Source of the DNA: Thermoplasmata archaeon
GTDB lineage: Archaea > Thermoplasmatota > Thermoplasmata > Lutacidiplasmatales > UBA184
Direction: 5' to 3'
Assembly (NCBI GenBank): GCA_021798415.1
Contig: JAJZGO010000001.1
Location: forward strand, 11,982-75,981
DNA: 64,000 nucleotides
The notes under the pieces are model-generated. The model was not told the origin of the DNA. It was given only the letters and a program-made list of their open reading frames with translations, and ran no database searches. The number at the start of each line of letters is the position of its first letter. The first letter of the stretch is position 1. Positions 1 to 11,261 of this stretch are shown here, piece by piece. The translations under genes and the position numbers were made by a program.

Positions 1-363
1 AAGGGGCACCCGGCGCCGTTCCCCGAGGAGCTGATCGAGCGCATCGTGAAGTTCTACAGCTACCGGGGGAACGTCGTCCTCGACATGTTCGGGGGAACGG
101 GAACGGTCGCGGCGGTCGCCCGACGGCTCGGCCGCCACTACCTCCACATCGACACTTCGCCCGAGTACTGCACGCTCGCGACCGAGCGCGTTCGTGCGGT
201 CACCCCACCGGCCGACGCGTGGATCCCTCCGCCCGACTCGCGCCCGGCGCGTCGGCGACGCTCCGAGGACGCCCCCGCCGCCGCTCAGCTGTCGCGCCGC
301 GTCGGCCGCCGCTCCGCGACCGACCTCGCGAGCGAGGGGACGAGCGCGTTCACCGTCGCGTAG
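1..363 (+). CDS. DNA methyltransferase (N4/N6 MTase family), C-terminal fragment; 5' end outside window
   Basis: Frame 1 is open from base 1 (KGHPAPFPEELIERIVKFYS...). It carries the AdoMet-binding motif DMFGGTGT (DPFxGSGTT type) followed by LGRHYLHID. The low-complexity tail overlaps the convergent glycosyltransferase. Confidence 0.75.
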   Translation, partial: KGHPAPFPEELIERIVKFYSYRGNVVLDMFGGTGTVAAVARRLGRHYLHIDTSPEYCTLATERVRAVTPPADAWIPPPDSRPARRRRSEDAPAAAQLSRRVGRRSATDLASEGTSAFTVA

Positions 364-1322
364 ATCGGGGCCGCCCAGACGTCGAGCGTCCACCTCCGCT
401 CCGCCGGATGGCGGGCCAGAAAGCGGAGGTACTCCACCGCCCGACGCGCGGCCGCTCCGCGCCCGTCGCCGCGGACGATCCCCTCGACAAGCGAGCCCGA
501 ACGATAGAGCCGGTCGTAGTGGTCGGCCTCGCGTCCGAGCCAGGACGAGAGCCCGACGTCGCCGCGGGAGCGGGCGAACGCGGCGAGGTCGCGGTTCGAC
601 GCCTCGGCGTGGCGCAGCCAGCCGACCCGGTGGGTGACGTTGCCGCCGTAGTAGCGGAAGCGGGTGAGCCGGCGGTCGTCGAGGTACATCGCCCCCGGGC
701 CGAGAGCCCCGAGGACGTAGAGCGCGAGGTCCGGGAGCTGCGTCCGCGCGAACGCTTCGCCGAACGCCCCCTCGAGGAGCTCCCGCCGGACGACCATCGT
801 GCTCGAGTTGAAGCCGGCGTTCACCCCAGCGGTGGCGTACCGCACGACGCCCGACTTCGCTCCGGGCCCAAGGAGCACGGGACCCGACGCGTCGAACGAC
901 GCGTCGCGCTCGTGGGCGCGCCAGCGCTCGACCGGGACCGGGGAACCGCCGTCGTCGATCACGCGCACCCGGTTGCGGTAGAACCCCACCTCGGGGCGCG
1001 CGCGGGCGACCTTGAGGACCTCTTCGAGCCGGTCCGGCTCGAACTCGTCGTCGTCGTCCAGGAACGCGACGAGAGGGGCGCGGGTCCGACCGACGGCCCT
1101 CAGGAGCCACGGTCCGATGCGGGGGTCGTCGTCGAGAAGGGTGGGAACCGCGTCGCGCGCGAGCTCGGCGTCGATCTCGGCGTCGTCGAAGTTCTTGGTG
1201 ACGAGGAGCTCGAAGCGCTCGCGGGCGAGGGTCTGGGCGAGGACGGACCGTACGGCCCGGACGAGATACGGCCGGCGGCCGTAGGCCCCGACGATGACCG
1301 CGACCTCGGGAGGACCCGACAC
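285..1322 (-). CDS. family 2 glycosyltransferase
   Basis: N-terminal VAVIVGAYGRRPYLVRAVRSVLAQT plus acidic FLDDDDEF block, typical GT-A/GT2 layout. GTG start. Confidence 0.8.
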   Translation of the reverse strand: MSGPPEVAVIVGAYGRRPYLVRAVRSVLAQTLARERFELLVTKNFDDAEIDAELARDAVPTLLDDDPRIGPWLLRAVGRTRAPLVAFLDDDDEFEPDRLEEVLKVARARPEVGFYRNRVRVIDDGGSPVPVERWRAHERDASFDASGPVLLGPGAKSGVVRYATAGVNAGFNSSTMVVRRELLEGAFGEAFARTQLPDLALYVLGALGPGAMYLDDRRLTRFRYYGGNVTHRVGWLRHAEASNRDLAAFARSRGDVGLSSWLGREADHYDRLYRSGSLVEGIVRGDGRGAAARRAVEYLRFLARHPAERRWTLDVWAAPIYATVNALVPSLARSVAERRPTRRDS

Positions 1323-1333
1323 GGGCGTCCCCT

Positions 1334-2149
1334 CTAGCGCGGCGGAAGGAGGGCCGGGGAGGGTCCGGCCGGTCCCACCGAGCGGTCCCCGGGCGGCGCG
1401 CGCGGCGGCCTGAGGCGGCGCTCGAGCTCGTCGACCGCGAGCCCGAGGAGCGGCTCGAGGTTCACCGTATCCGCGCGGTTGTACTTCACGAGCCGCTCGA
1501 GCGCCCCCGAGTTGCCGCGCCGGTACTCCTGCCAGAGTCGGACCGCGTCGAGGCCGTGGATCCCCTCGACGCCCGAGCGATCCCCGATGCCGAGACGCTG
1601 CTCGATCCGCTTGAGCCCACCCGAGTGCCCGAGCCGGTAGAGGACGAACCGGAGGTCGATATGGACGGGCGGAGGCTCGAGCTCGGGAAACCGCACGCGC
1701 AGGAAGGGAACGTCGAACCGGCTCCCGTTGAAGGTGACGAGGAGGGAGTAGCGGCGCAGGTACGCGGGGAGCTCCTCGAGGTCCTCGCCGGCCACGAAGG
1801 AGCGTGTGCCGAGCGAGCCGTGGACGGTGACGACGGTGACGATGCCCTCGAACGGCGACAGGCCGGTCGTCTCGATGTCGAGGAACGCGGTCTCCCGCCC
1901 GAACTCGGGGTAGAGCCGCCAGTGCTCCCGGTCCGGGAGACGGTGTCCGAAGTAGGCGGCGTCGCGGCCGGTGAACGCGCTCTCGCTCGAGGCGACCTCG
2001 CGCTCGAGGTGCCGGAGCCCCGCGCCCGTGAGCCCGAGCGCCTCGGGGCGGTCGACGAGCTCGCGCCAGTCGCCGACGCCGGCCCGCCAGAGGTCGGCTT
2101 CGGTCACCGGGCCGATCCCCGAGAAGTGGAGGAACGTCGCGCGCAGCAC
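1334..2149 (-). CDS. RNase H-fold exonuclease-like protein (YprB/COG3359-like) with N-terminal helix-hairpin-helix
   Basis: FSGIGPVTEADLWRAGV (HhH-like) followed by FLDIETTGLSP ... LVTFNGSRFDVPFL, the DEDD/RNase H-like exonuclease pattern. Confidence 0.65.
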   Translation of the reverse strand: MLRATFLHFSGIGPVTEADLWRAGVGDWRELVDRPEALGLTGAGLRHLEREVASSESAFTGRDAAYFGHRLPDREHWRLYPEFGRETAFLDIETTGLSPFEGIVTVVTVHGSLGTRSFVAGEDLEELPAYLRRYSLLVTFNGSRFDVPFLRVRFPELEPPPVHIDLRFVLYRLGHSGGLKRIEQRLGIGDRSGVEGIHGLDAVRLWQEYRRGNSGALERLVKYNRADTVNLEPLLGLAVDELERRLRPPRAPPGDRSVGPAGPSPALLPPR

Positions 2150-2200
2150 GTGGGGGGCGACGGGCCGGCGGCCTTTAGCCTTCGCGCGCTCGCCCGGGCG

Positions 2201-2581
2201 CTACGGCCGGGGGTCCGCCGACTCGACGGCGAGCGGGGCGATCGGGGCGACGAGCGTCTTCACGGCGGCCCAGAACTCCGCGACCTTGTCGGACGGCAGC
2301 CGACCCCGGTAGAGCGGCGCGCGGCACTCGGCCTCGAGGAGGCCCGGGTCCTCGCTGTCCCAGACGAGCCGGACGACGAACTCGTCGTGCTCCTCCTCGA
2401 AGGCGAAGACGCGGCGCCGGGGATCGGTCGGGACGGGGTTCGGCACGAGGAACTCGAGGGGTGGGTCGGGCGGCGGGGCGATCCCCGGGATCAACGTGAG
2501 CGGCGCCGGGCGCTCCGGAAGCTCGAGGCGGATCCAGGCGACGACGGGCCAGCGGCTCTTCGGGACGCCGAGCGACGGCAC
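2201..2581 (-). CDS. hypothetical protein
   Basis: 126-codon ORF with non-repetitive composition in its C-terminal two thirds (FAFEEEHDEFVVRLVWDSEDPGLLEAEC...). No recognisable domain. GTG start uncertain. Confidence 0.4.
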   Translation of the reverse strand: MPSLGVPKSRWPVVAWIRLELPERPAPLTLIPGIAPPPDPPLEFLVPNPVPTDPRRRVFAFEEEHDEFVVRLVWDSEDPGLLEAECRAPLYRGRLPSDKVAEFWAAVKTLVAPIAPLAVESADPRP

Positions 2582-2650
2582 GTCCCGTCCGAGCCACCGG
2601 ACGGGAAAACCCCGTCGGGCCTACCGGCTCGCCGCGATTCCTTCTGGGGA

Positions 2651-2664
2651 AATAAAAAAAGAAC
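2651..2664 (-). terminator. oligo-T (oligo-U) tract immediately downstream of the 23S processing stem
   Basis: The minus strand reads GTTCTTTTTTTATT directly after the 3' stem half. Archaeal terminators are T-runs, and this is a striking AT patch in a GC-rich context. Confidence 0.5.
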
Positions 2665-2692
2665 CACACGCGTTCTGCTTAACTGCCAAGCG
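2665..2692 (-). other. 3' half of the 23S rRNA processing stem
   Basis: 2665-2677 (cacacgcgttctg) is the perfect reverse complement of 5659-5671. 2684-2692 pairs with 5644-5652 (9 bp, one G-U). The two helices are separated by a 6x6 nt internal loop. Confidence 0.7.
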
Positions 2693-5643
<2,951 letters not shown>

Positions 5644-5671
5644 CGCTTGACAAGCGTCCAGAACGCGTGTG
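5644..5671 (-). other. 5' half of the 23S rRNA processing stem
   Basis: Complement of 2665-2692 as described for the 3' half. Confidence 0.7.
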
Positions 5672-5805
5672 ATCGGCGTCATCGGCCCCCTCACCGGCAC
5701 GGCGAAGGGACCCTCGCCCTTCCCCGGAGAGGCCAAGGCCTCTGCGGGTGCATGTGCCGACCGAACAGCTGCGCCGTGGCGCGGCTCCTGTGCGAGCGCG
5801 GGGCC

Positions 5806-5813
5806 TTATTTAA
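5806..5813 (-). promoter_or_regulatory. candidate TATA box of the 23S transcription unit
   Basis: The minus strand reads TTAAATAA about 135 nt upstream of the processing stem. It is the only AT-rich octamer in the 217-nt spacer between the upstream gene and the 23S flank. Confidence 0.4.
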
Positions 5814-5888
5814 CGCCTGCGAGCCGGAGGTCGGGTCCGTTCGCCCCGAACCGGCCGAGGGCCGGTCGCCGCCGGCGGCCGAGCGCGC

Positions 5889-6680
5889 TCAGGACCGGTG
5901 GGCCGTCGACAGGAACGACTGACGGTGGTGCGGCCCCTCGTAGCGCGCGGCGGCGAACCGGCAGAGCCCCATCGCGTTCGCCTCGCAGCCTCCGCAGTTG
6001 CGCTCGGCCGGTACCGGCGCCCGGACCGTGTCCGCACGAACTTGGCCGAGCGCGACCTTGAGCCAGCGCTCCTCCGCGTCGTCGTACGGGATCTCGACCC
6101 AGCCTTCCCGGCTCCCGTCGCCCACGGAATCGCCGTAGAGGACGATGCCGAACGGCGGTCGTCGCCCGAAGGCCGCGTGGACGAGCCGACACTCGGCGAT
6201 CGCCTGGACCGTGTCGAACAGTCGTCCGTGCGCCTCGTGGTAGCCCACGAAGAGGTGCGTCGCCTTGTATTCGACCGGCACGAGGCTTCCGTCGGCTCGC
6301 TGGATGATGAGGTCGGGCCGGCCCGAGAGCCCGAGCTCGGCATCGATGAGGTTCCCGTGGCCGTTAGAGAACCGGGGGTCGAGGCGGACCCGCTCGGGCG
6401 GGAAGAGCATCGGTAGGTCGTCCTCGCCCGGATCCTCGTAGATCAGCTGGTCGTGGTCCGAGAGGTCGAGGCGCCCCTCGTTGACCCCCACGCGACCGAG
6501 AGGAGGGGCGAACAGGGGGGAGTGTCGCAGCGGCACGACGCTCGTCGGCACCGGGGCGCCGACCGGGGCCGGGCGGCCTCGCTCCTTCGACAGTTCCATT
6601 TCGTGCGGGCAGCGGAAGTACGTGACGAGGTCGTGGGGCGTCAGGTGCTCGGGGACGGCGACCGCGGTGGGGCTCATCAT
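5889..6680 (-). CDS. Cas4-like PD-(D/E)xK nuclease with four-Cys cluster (stand-alone, no cas neighbours)
   Basis: N-terminal YFRCPHEM. Core GRPDLIIQRADGSLVPVEYKAT (D...ExK). QAIAE helix. C-terminal CGGCEANAMGLC, which is the 1+3 Cys arrangement of Cas4/DUF83. Start is taken at the ATGATG at 6675-6680. The 525-aa ORF in the track is an Arg-rich upstream run-on. Confidence 0.7.
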   Translation of the reverse strand: MMSPTAVAVPEHLTPHDLVTYFRCPHEMELSKERGRPAPVGAPVPTSVVPLRHSPLFAPPLGRVGVNEGRLDLSDHDQLIYEDPGEDDLPMLFPPERVRLDPRFSNGHGNLIDAELGLSGRPDLIIQRADGSLVPVEYKATHLFVGYHEAHGRLFDTVQAIAECRLVHAAFGRRPPFGIVLYGDSVGDGSREGWVEIPYDDAEERWLKVALGQVRADTVRAPVPAERNCGGCEANAMGLCRFAAARYEGPHHRQSFLSTAHRS

Positions 6681-6769
6681 GGCCCGCGCGTCGAACTCCC
6701 GGGCTATGAAGGTAGGGCTCGAAGGGCAGGCGGGGTTCCCGCGGGACCCGGGGCCCGTCGGCCGAGGGC

Positions 6770-7666
6770 CTACGCGAAGGACCGTCGCAGCGATGCGCGA
6801 GCGGGTTCGGGCAGGCCGGACCGTCCCAGGAGCGCCTCGAGCAGCTCGCGGTCGACCCCGAGGCGCCCGACGAGCTCGGTCAGGGCCGGCACGCGGTCCG
6901 ACCGCCCCTTCTCCGCGGCGCGCACGAGAGCGTACTCGGGGCGTGTCACGCGGACCGTCGCTCCGCGAAACGGTACCGGTGTGAGGCGAGGGGTCCCGCT
7001 CCGTGCGTCCCACTCGTCGAACGCCCGCGGGGGCCCGGGTTCGATCGGGACCGCCCACTCGACCCGGACCCCATCCTGGAACGTCCCTACGAACGCGCGG
7101 GCGCCGTGGACGATCCCCCTCACGGGCCAGTCGGTCGGGGCCACGGGCTCGATGAGGTACTCGGCGAGCAGCGCACCTAGGCGGTCGACCCCGTCGCGCG
7201 AGGTGCCGAGGTCGATGTCGTGCGGCGCGACCGGGGCACCGAGCAGCCACGCCGCGGTCGAGCCGCCGACGTACCAGGCGACCCCGCCCTCTGCGAGCGG
7301 GGCCGCGACCCGATCGACCAGCTCCTCGAGACCGCGGCGGATCGGCACCGTTCGCTGCGCATAGACCTGGTCGACCATCGTCTCGAGCACGAACCGCATC
7401 CGGTTGTACGCCCGTCGGACCGCCGGTCCGTCGGCGAACGGGAGGAGGAAGCGACGGTGCCAGCACCGGGGACCTCCGAACATGCAGGGGGAGGGTGGGT
7501 GGACGAAACCGAAGACGTCGAGCGGCCCCTTCGATGGTCCGCCGGCGTCGGACCCGCCTTCCTGGGCGTGGAAAGTGAACGTCGTCGGTTCGCCGTCGTG
7601 CTCGACCGAGAGCTGGTGGAGGAAACCTCCGCCGAGGTCGGGTCCCGAGAGCATCTCGGTGGTCAC
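6770..7666 (-). CDS. nucleotidyltransferase-domain protein with uncharacterised ~120-aa N-terminal domain
   Basis: GGSTAAWLLGAPVAPHDIDLG fits the minimal NTase pattern G[GS]-x(9-13)-DhD. The N-terminal part (…FVHPPSPCMFGGPRCWHRRF…) has no motif I recognise. Start is GTG 7666 or ATG 7654. Confidence 0.6.
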   Translation of the reverse strand: MTTEMLSGPDLGGGFLHQLSVEHDGEPTTFTFHAQEGGSDAGGPSKGPLDVFGFVHPPSPCMFGGPRCWHRRFLLPFADGPAVRRAYNRMRFVLETMVDQVYAQRTVPIRRGLEELVDRVAAPLAEGGVAWYVGGSTAAWLLGAPVAPHDIDLGTSRDGVDRLGALLAEYLIEPVAPTDWPVRGIVHGARAFVGTFQDGVRVEWAVPIEPGPPRAFDEWDARSGTPRLTPVPFRGATVRVTRPEYALVRAAEKGRSDRVPALTELVGRLGVDRELLEALLGRSGLPEPARASLRRSFA

Positions 7667-7703
7667 GGTCCCTCCGCGCCGCCGCGGACCGCCCCGCCGA
7701 CCC

Positions 7704-8570
7704 CTAGGTCGGCGTCGGCCCGAGTTCGAGGGCGGCCGGGAACGGCAGCTTCCCCGTGGTGAGGTCGATCCGGTGCTCGTGCCGTCGCGCGACGAGGTAT
7801 GTGCCGCTCGTGAGGGAATGCCAGGCCCCGGGTTCCCCGTCGAACGGTTCGCTGCCGACGAGCACGCGGTGGGGGGCGGCGTGGTACGTCATCTCGTAGT
7901 ACCGGCGGCCCGTGTCGATGAGTCCCGTTCCGTGGTCGCCCGTCCAGAGGCAGAACGCCCAGAGCTCGTCCGGCCCGCGCGAGAAGAGCACGTTGAGCCC
8001 CGAGAACGGCGGGACCGGCGGTCGCTTCAACCCTTGCCAGACCCGCACGAGGTCCTCGACGGTCCTCAGGTAGCCGACGAGGGGGTCGCCGACCTCCTCG
8101 GTGTTGCGGACGAGCAGCCAGAAGAGCACCTCGCTGTCGTTCACGCCCCGCACCTTCGATTCGTGGACGCCGAGGAGCGGGCGTGTCTCGACGGGAAAAG
8201 GGATCGACCCGTTGTGCGCGAAGAGCGCCGTGTGGTTCTCGAACGGCTGCGAGTTCTCGAGCGCGATGAGCTTCTCGCGCGGCAGCTGGAGCGGGTTGCT
8301 CGCGTGGCGCAGGTGACCGAGGACGAGCGGGCTCCTCGCGTCGACGGCGGCCGCGAGGAACCGTTCGCGCTCGGAAGGCTCGAACGCCCCTCCGATCCCC
8401 TTTTCGACCCGCGCCCGCCCCCCGGCTTCGAACCATCCGACCCCCCAGCCGTCCTTCTGCGCGGTCTCCGGAGAGACGTTCGACTGGGCGAGGAGGGAAC
8501 GGTCGGAGCGGGCCAGCCAGGTCTCGGCCGACTCGTCGCGGGTCGAGAGAAGCCCGAGCAATCGGCACAT
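7704..8570 (-). CDS. class II (Ntn) glutamine amidotransferase-like protein, YafJ type
   Basis: Begins MCRLLGLLS (Cys2 nucleophile). Then GWGVGWF, LGHLRHAS, FAHNGSI and NDSEVLF blocks typical of GATase_2/YafJ. The track ORF (439 aa) extends upstream of this Met. Confidence 0.75.
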   Translation of the reverse strand: MCRLLGLLSTRDESAETWLARSDRSLLAQSNVSPETAQKDGWGVGWFEAGGRARVEKGIGGAFEPSERERFLAAAVDARSPLVLGHLRHASNPLQLPREKLIALENSQPFENHTALFAHNGSIPFPVETRPLLGVHESKVRGVNDSEVLFWLLVRNTEEVGDPLVGYLRTVEDLVRVWQGLKRPPVPPFSGLNVLFSRGPDELWAFCLWTGDHGTGLIDTGRRYYEMTYHAAPHRVLVGSEPFDGEPGAWHSLTSGTYLVARRHEHRIDLTTGKLPFPAALELGPTPT

Positions 8571-8684
8571 GGCCGCGGGCACCCCGGCCCCGTAGATAAG
8601 AGTCCGTACCGAATCGAGGGCCGTCGGCTCCCCGTCAGCAAGGCTTTTGAGTGGCGGCGGGACTAGTAGTCCCTCAAGCTCGAA

Positions 8685-9014
8685 ATGGTCGCCATCGAGG
8701 TCACTCCCGCAGCCCGGGACCAGGTACTCAAGATCATGGAGAAGCAGGCGAAGCCCGGGGCGGCCCTGCGGCTCTACGTCCAGGGCGGCGGTTGCTCGGG
8801 ACTCACGTACGGCATGTCGTTCGACCACCAGGAATCGGGCGACGAGGTCGCCTTCAGCGACCGGGGCCTCCTGGTCGTTGTCGACCGCGCGAGCGCCCCC
8901 CTCCTCGAGGGAGTGAAGGTCGACTTCCTGCTCGGGCTCGAAGCGTCGGGGTTCAAGATCTACAACCCGAACGCGAAGGAGACCTGCTCGTGCGGGAAGT
9001 CCTTCTCCGCGTGA
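8685..9014 (+). CDS. HesB/IscA/ErpA-family iron-sulfur cluster insertion protein
   Basis: LRLYVQGGGCSGLTYGMSFD ... FKIYNPNAKETCSCGKSF: canonical three-Cys IscA signature. Confidence 0.9.
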   Translation: MVAIEVTPAARDQVLKIMEKQAKPGAALRLYVQGGGCSGLTYGMSFDHQESGDEVAFSDRGLLVVVDRASAPLLEGVKVDFLLGLEASGFKIYNPNAKETCSCGKSFSA

Positions 9015-9039
9015 GCCGCTCACCTGACCGCCAGCGGAG

Positions 9040-9047
9040 TTTTATAG
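9040..9047 (+). promoter_or_regulatory. candidate TATA box upstream of the second IscA-like gene
   Basis: TTTTATAG lies 46-53 nt upstream of ATG 9093, and a GGAGGG Shine-Dalgarno-like element lies about 10 nt before the ATG. Confidence 0.35.
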
Positions 9048-9092
9048 CTCCGGCTTCGTTGAGCGGGTGGGCGAGTCAGGAGGGCCCGACGA

Positions 9093-9524
9093 ATGAGCGA
9101 TAGTGGAATCAAACTCGAAGTTACCAAGGAAGCGCAGGACCAGGTCCGGGACCTCATCAAGGCCCAGAAGCCCGGGACCGCCGTGCGCGTCTACCTCCAG
9201 TCCGGTGGCGGCGGCGGCGGAGGCTGCTGCGGCTCGGGCAGCGGGGGCGGATGCGGATGCGGCGAGGGCGGCGGCGGAGGACCCTCCTTCGGGATGGCCT
9301 TCGACAAGCCCCGCAACGGCGACCGCGTGGTCTCTGTCGATGGGTTCTCGATCATCGTCGACGACATGAGCGCCGAGATGCTGAACGGGGCCAAGATCGA
9401 CTTCGTCCAGGACCTGAACGCCTCCGGATTCAAGATCACGTCGCCCAGCCTCCCCGCAGCCGAGTCGGGCCATGCGGAAGGCACGGGCGGTGGCTGCGGT
9501 TCCGGCGGCTGCGGGTGCGGGTAG
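9093..9524 (+). CDS. IscA/HesB-like paralog with Gly/Cys-rich insertion and Gly/Cys tail
   Basis: Shares the IscA scaffold (VRVYLQSGG...SFGMAFD...FKITSP). The first-Cys loop is expanded to GGGGGGGCCGSGSGGGCGCGEGGGGG, and the C-terminus is GGGCGSGGCGCG. Confidence 0.75.
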   Translation: MSDSGIKLEVTKEAQDQVRDLIKAQKPGTAVRVYLQSGGGGGGGCCGSGSGGGCGCGEGGGGGPSFGMAFDKPRNGDRVVSVDGFSIIVDDMSAEMLNGAKIDFVQDLNASGFKITSPSLPAAESGHAEGTGGGCGSGGCGCG

Positions 9525-9767
9525 ACCCACCCTCCCCGTCCAACCTCTTCTCCCACCTTTCCCCGACCTCTTGATTCCACGATCCCTGGTCGGGATCCCC
9601 TTCTGACCACGCCTAGGACCACCTCGCGGGAGAGCGGCCGGCAACCGAACGGCGGGCGATCGAGCCGCCGGGTCGCGAGGTAACCTCCGACGAGCTCGAC
9701 GACCGCAGGCCCGGACCCGAAGAGAGCCGGTGCCGCCGAGGAGGACGGGCACCGACCCGGGACCGGT

Positions 9768-10007
9768 TCAGCGGGGTCCTGCGGCCCGCCGTTGCGTCCA
9801 GACGTACAGCCCCAGGAACACGAGACCCAGCCCGAGAAAGAAGAGGAGGTTGGGGGTCTCAACGACCACGAGCACGATCCCGCTGAGGATCAGGGCCGGC
9901 GCCGTCCAGGAGGGCCAACGCACCCGCTGAGGAGCGGCCGCGGCGATGGGGTCAGCGGCCCCGTGAGGGTCCAAGGACCCGCCCGGGCCAGGAAAGGGTT
10001 CGGCCAA
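9768..10007 (-). CDS. small putative membrane protein (2 TM)
   Basis: Two hydrophobic spans (ALILSGIVLVVVE, LLFFLGLGLVFLGLYVW). TTG/GTG start only; no homology recognised. Confidence 0.35.
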   Translation of the reverse strand: MAEPFPGPGGSLDPHGAADPIAAAAPQRVRWPSWTAPALILSGIVLVVVETPNLLFFLGLGLVFLGLYVWTQRRAAGPR

Positions 10008-10025
10008 CGGTCGACCCCGATGTGA

Positions 10026-10235
10026 TCAGGGGTGACCCGAAGACGAGCCGGGGTGCTGACCCGACTGGAACGCGTCTCGGACGGCCTCGAGCACGCTGTG
10101 GGCGTGGGTCCAGGTGGGGACGTGGTTGAACGCCACTGCTATCCCCGGGGCTACCCCCGTATGCGCGGCGGCGGCGGCTCCGGCCACGGCGATTCCCAAC
10201 GCGGCGAGCACCTTCACGGCTACGATCGACATCAT
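10026..10235 (-). CDS. small putative exported His-rich protein
   Basis: MMSIVAVKVLAALGIAVAGAAAAAH signal/TM-like N-terminus followed by a His-rich tail (HVPTWTHAHS...GQHPGSSSGHP). Start is taken at ATGATG 10230-10235. Confidence 0.35.
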   Translation of the reverse strand: MMSIVAVKVLAALGIAVAGAAAAAHTGVAPGIAVAFNHVPTWTHAHSVLEAVRDAFQSGQHPGSSSGHP

Positions 10236-10625
10236 GGCTCTCGGTGTCACCTCGGGCCATGGGCTACATAAACCATTGTTCAAGTGATAGCCCGGGCACG
10301 GCTCGAGCGGGGCGAGGCGCGGCTCCCGAGCGGCTGGGTTCCCGCGGCGCCTACCCGGAATCCGGACAGGGAGCCAACCCTCAGCTGCCGAGGATCCGGG
10401 CGCCCGGTCGCCATCCCTCGGGCGTTCTCTAGGTAGCTGAGCCCTTCGTGCGAACGGCCGTTACCGCGGAGGAAAGGCGCGAGCGATGCCCCGGACCACG
10501 GTTTCGGGCTCCGCATCGAACCTCCCCGAACCCGCTCGGGCGAGGGCGACACCGTTGGGTGGGTACAGGCTCAAGACTCGGTTGCGCGCGACCACGCCCT
10601 GCGGTCGGTCGCTCACGAGGCGACT

Positions 10626-10928
10626 CTAGCGTTCTGGGGTTCTGCGGGGGCCCGACCTCGTCCGGAGAGCGCCCAGACGACGCGCGGCGTCCGCGTCGGT
10701 GATCCCATCGGCCCGGAGCGTCTTGGCGTGCGACGACCCGGCCCGGATCCAATGGACCGACGAGTGGGGTATCCCGAGCCAATCCGCGACCAAGATCGCC
10801 ACCGCACGATTCGCTCTCCCTCCCGCGGGCGGCTCTCGACAGGCTACCACCCACCGCTTTCGCCACGGGTCCCAGTCGACGGCGTCCCGTGTGCTGCCGG
10901 CATTGACCCAGAGCGGTATTCGCGCCAT
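10626..10928 (-). CDS. DUF167 (YggU) family protein
   Basis: PPAGGRANRAVAILVADWLGIPHSSVHWIRAGSSHAKTL matches the GKAN...G..sr.K core of DUF167. Confidence 0.7.
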   Translation of the reverse strand: MARIPLWVNAGSTRDAVDWDPWRKRWVVACREPPAGGRANRAVAILVADWLGIPHSSVHWIRAGSSHAKTLRADGITDADAARRLGALRTRSGPRRTPER

Positions 10929-11261
10929 CGTGCCGACGAACCGCCCATGGTCTTTGGCGGGTCATCGGTTTCGACGCCCTGCGGTCGGCTCCGCTCGGAG
11001 CGACCGGCGTTCGTCCGCGCGCGCCTCGAAACCGCGCGACCCGTCCCGAATCCGGCTCCGCCCGTGCCCGTAGATCGGAGTGCCTTTACCGCAAATGACC
11101 GGCGCCGCCTCGGGCATCAGTCTAAGAACCCCTTTCGACCATCATCTCTCCATGCGGCGACCCGGGGAAACCGCGGAGCGAGACGACCGTCAGGGACCGA
11201 GACTCGAGGCGAGAGGCCGTAGCCCCTGAACGCACTCCACGCGGTCGAGGTAGGTAACCCG

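Noticed and set aside
6681-7466. N-terminal 260 codons of the 525-aa ORF 5889-7466
   Set aside because: This part is an Arg/Gly/Pro-rich run-on overlapping the nucleotidyltransferase gene in another frame. The Cas4-like domain starts cleanly at the ATGATG at 6675-6680.
9191-9862. 223-aa minus-strand ORF with poly-Pro/Gly stretches
   Set aside because: It is antisense to the Gly/Cys-rich IscA-like gene, and the GGC-rich coding tract reads as Pro-rich on the other strand. It has no independent support.
10594-10988. Identical 15-mer ACGCCCTGCGGTCGG on both sides of the DUF167 gene (10594-10608 and 10974-10988)
   Set aside because: A single 15-mer match of GC-rich composition in 64 kb is within chance expectation. 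There is no extended similarity around it and no TIR or TSD structure.
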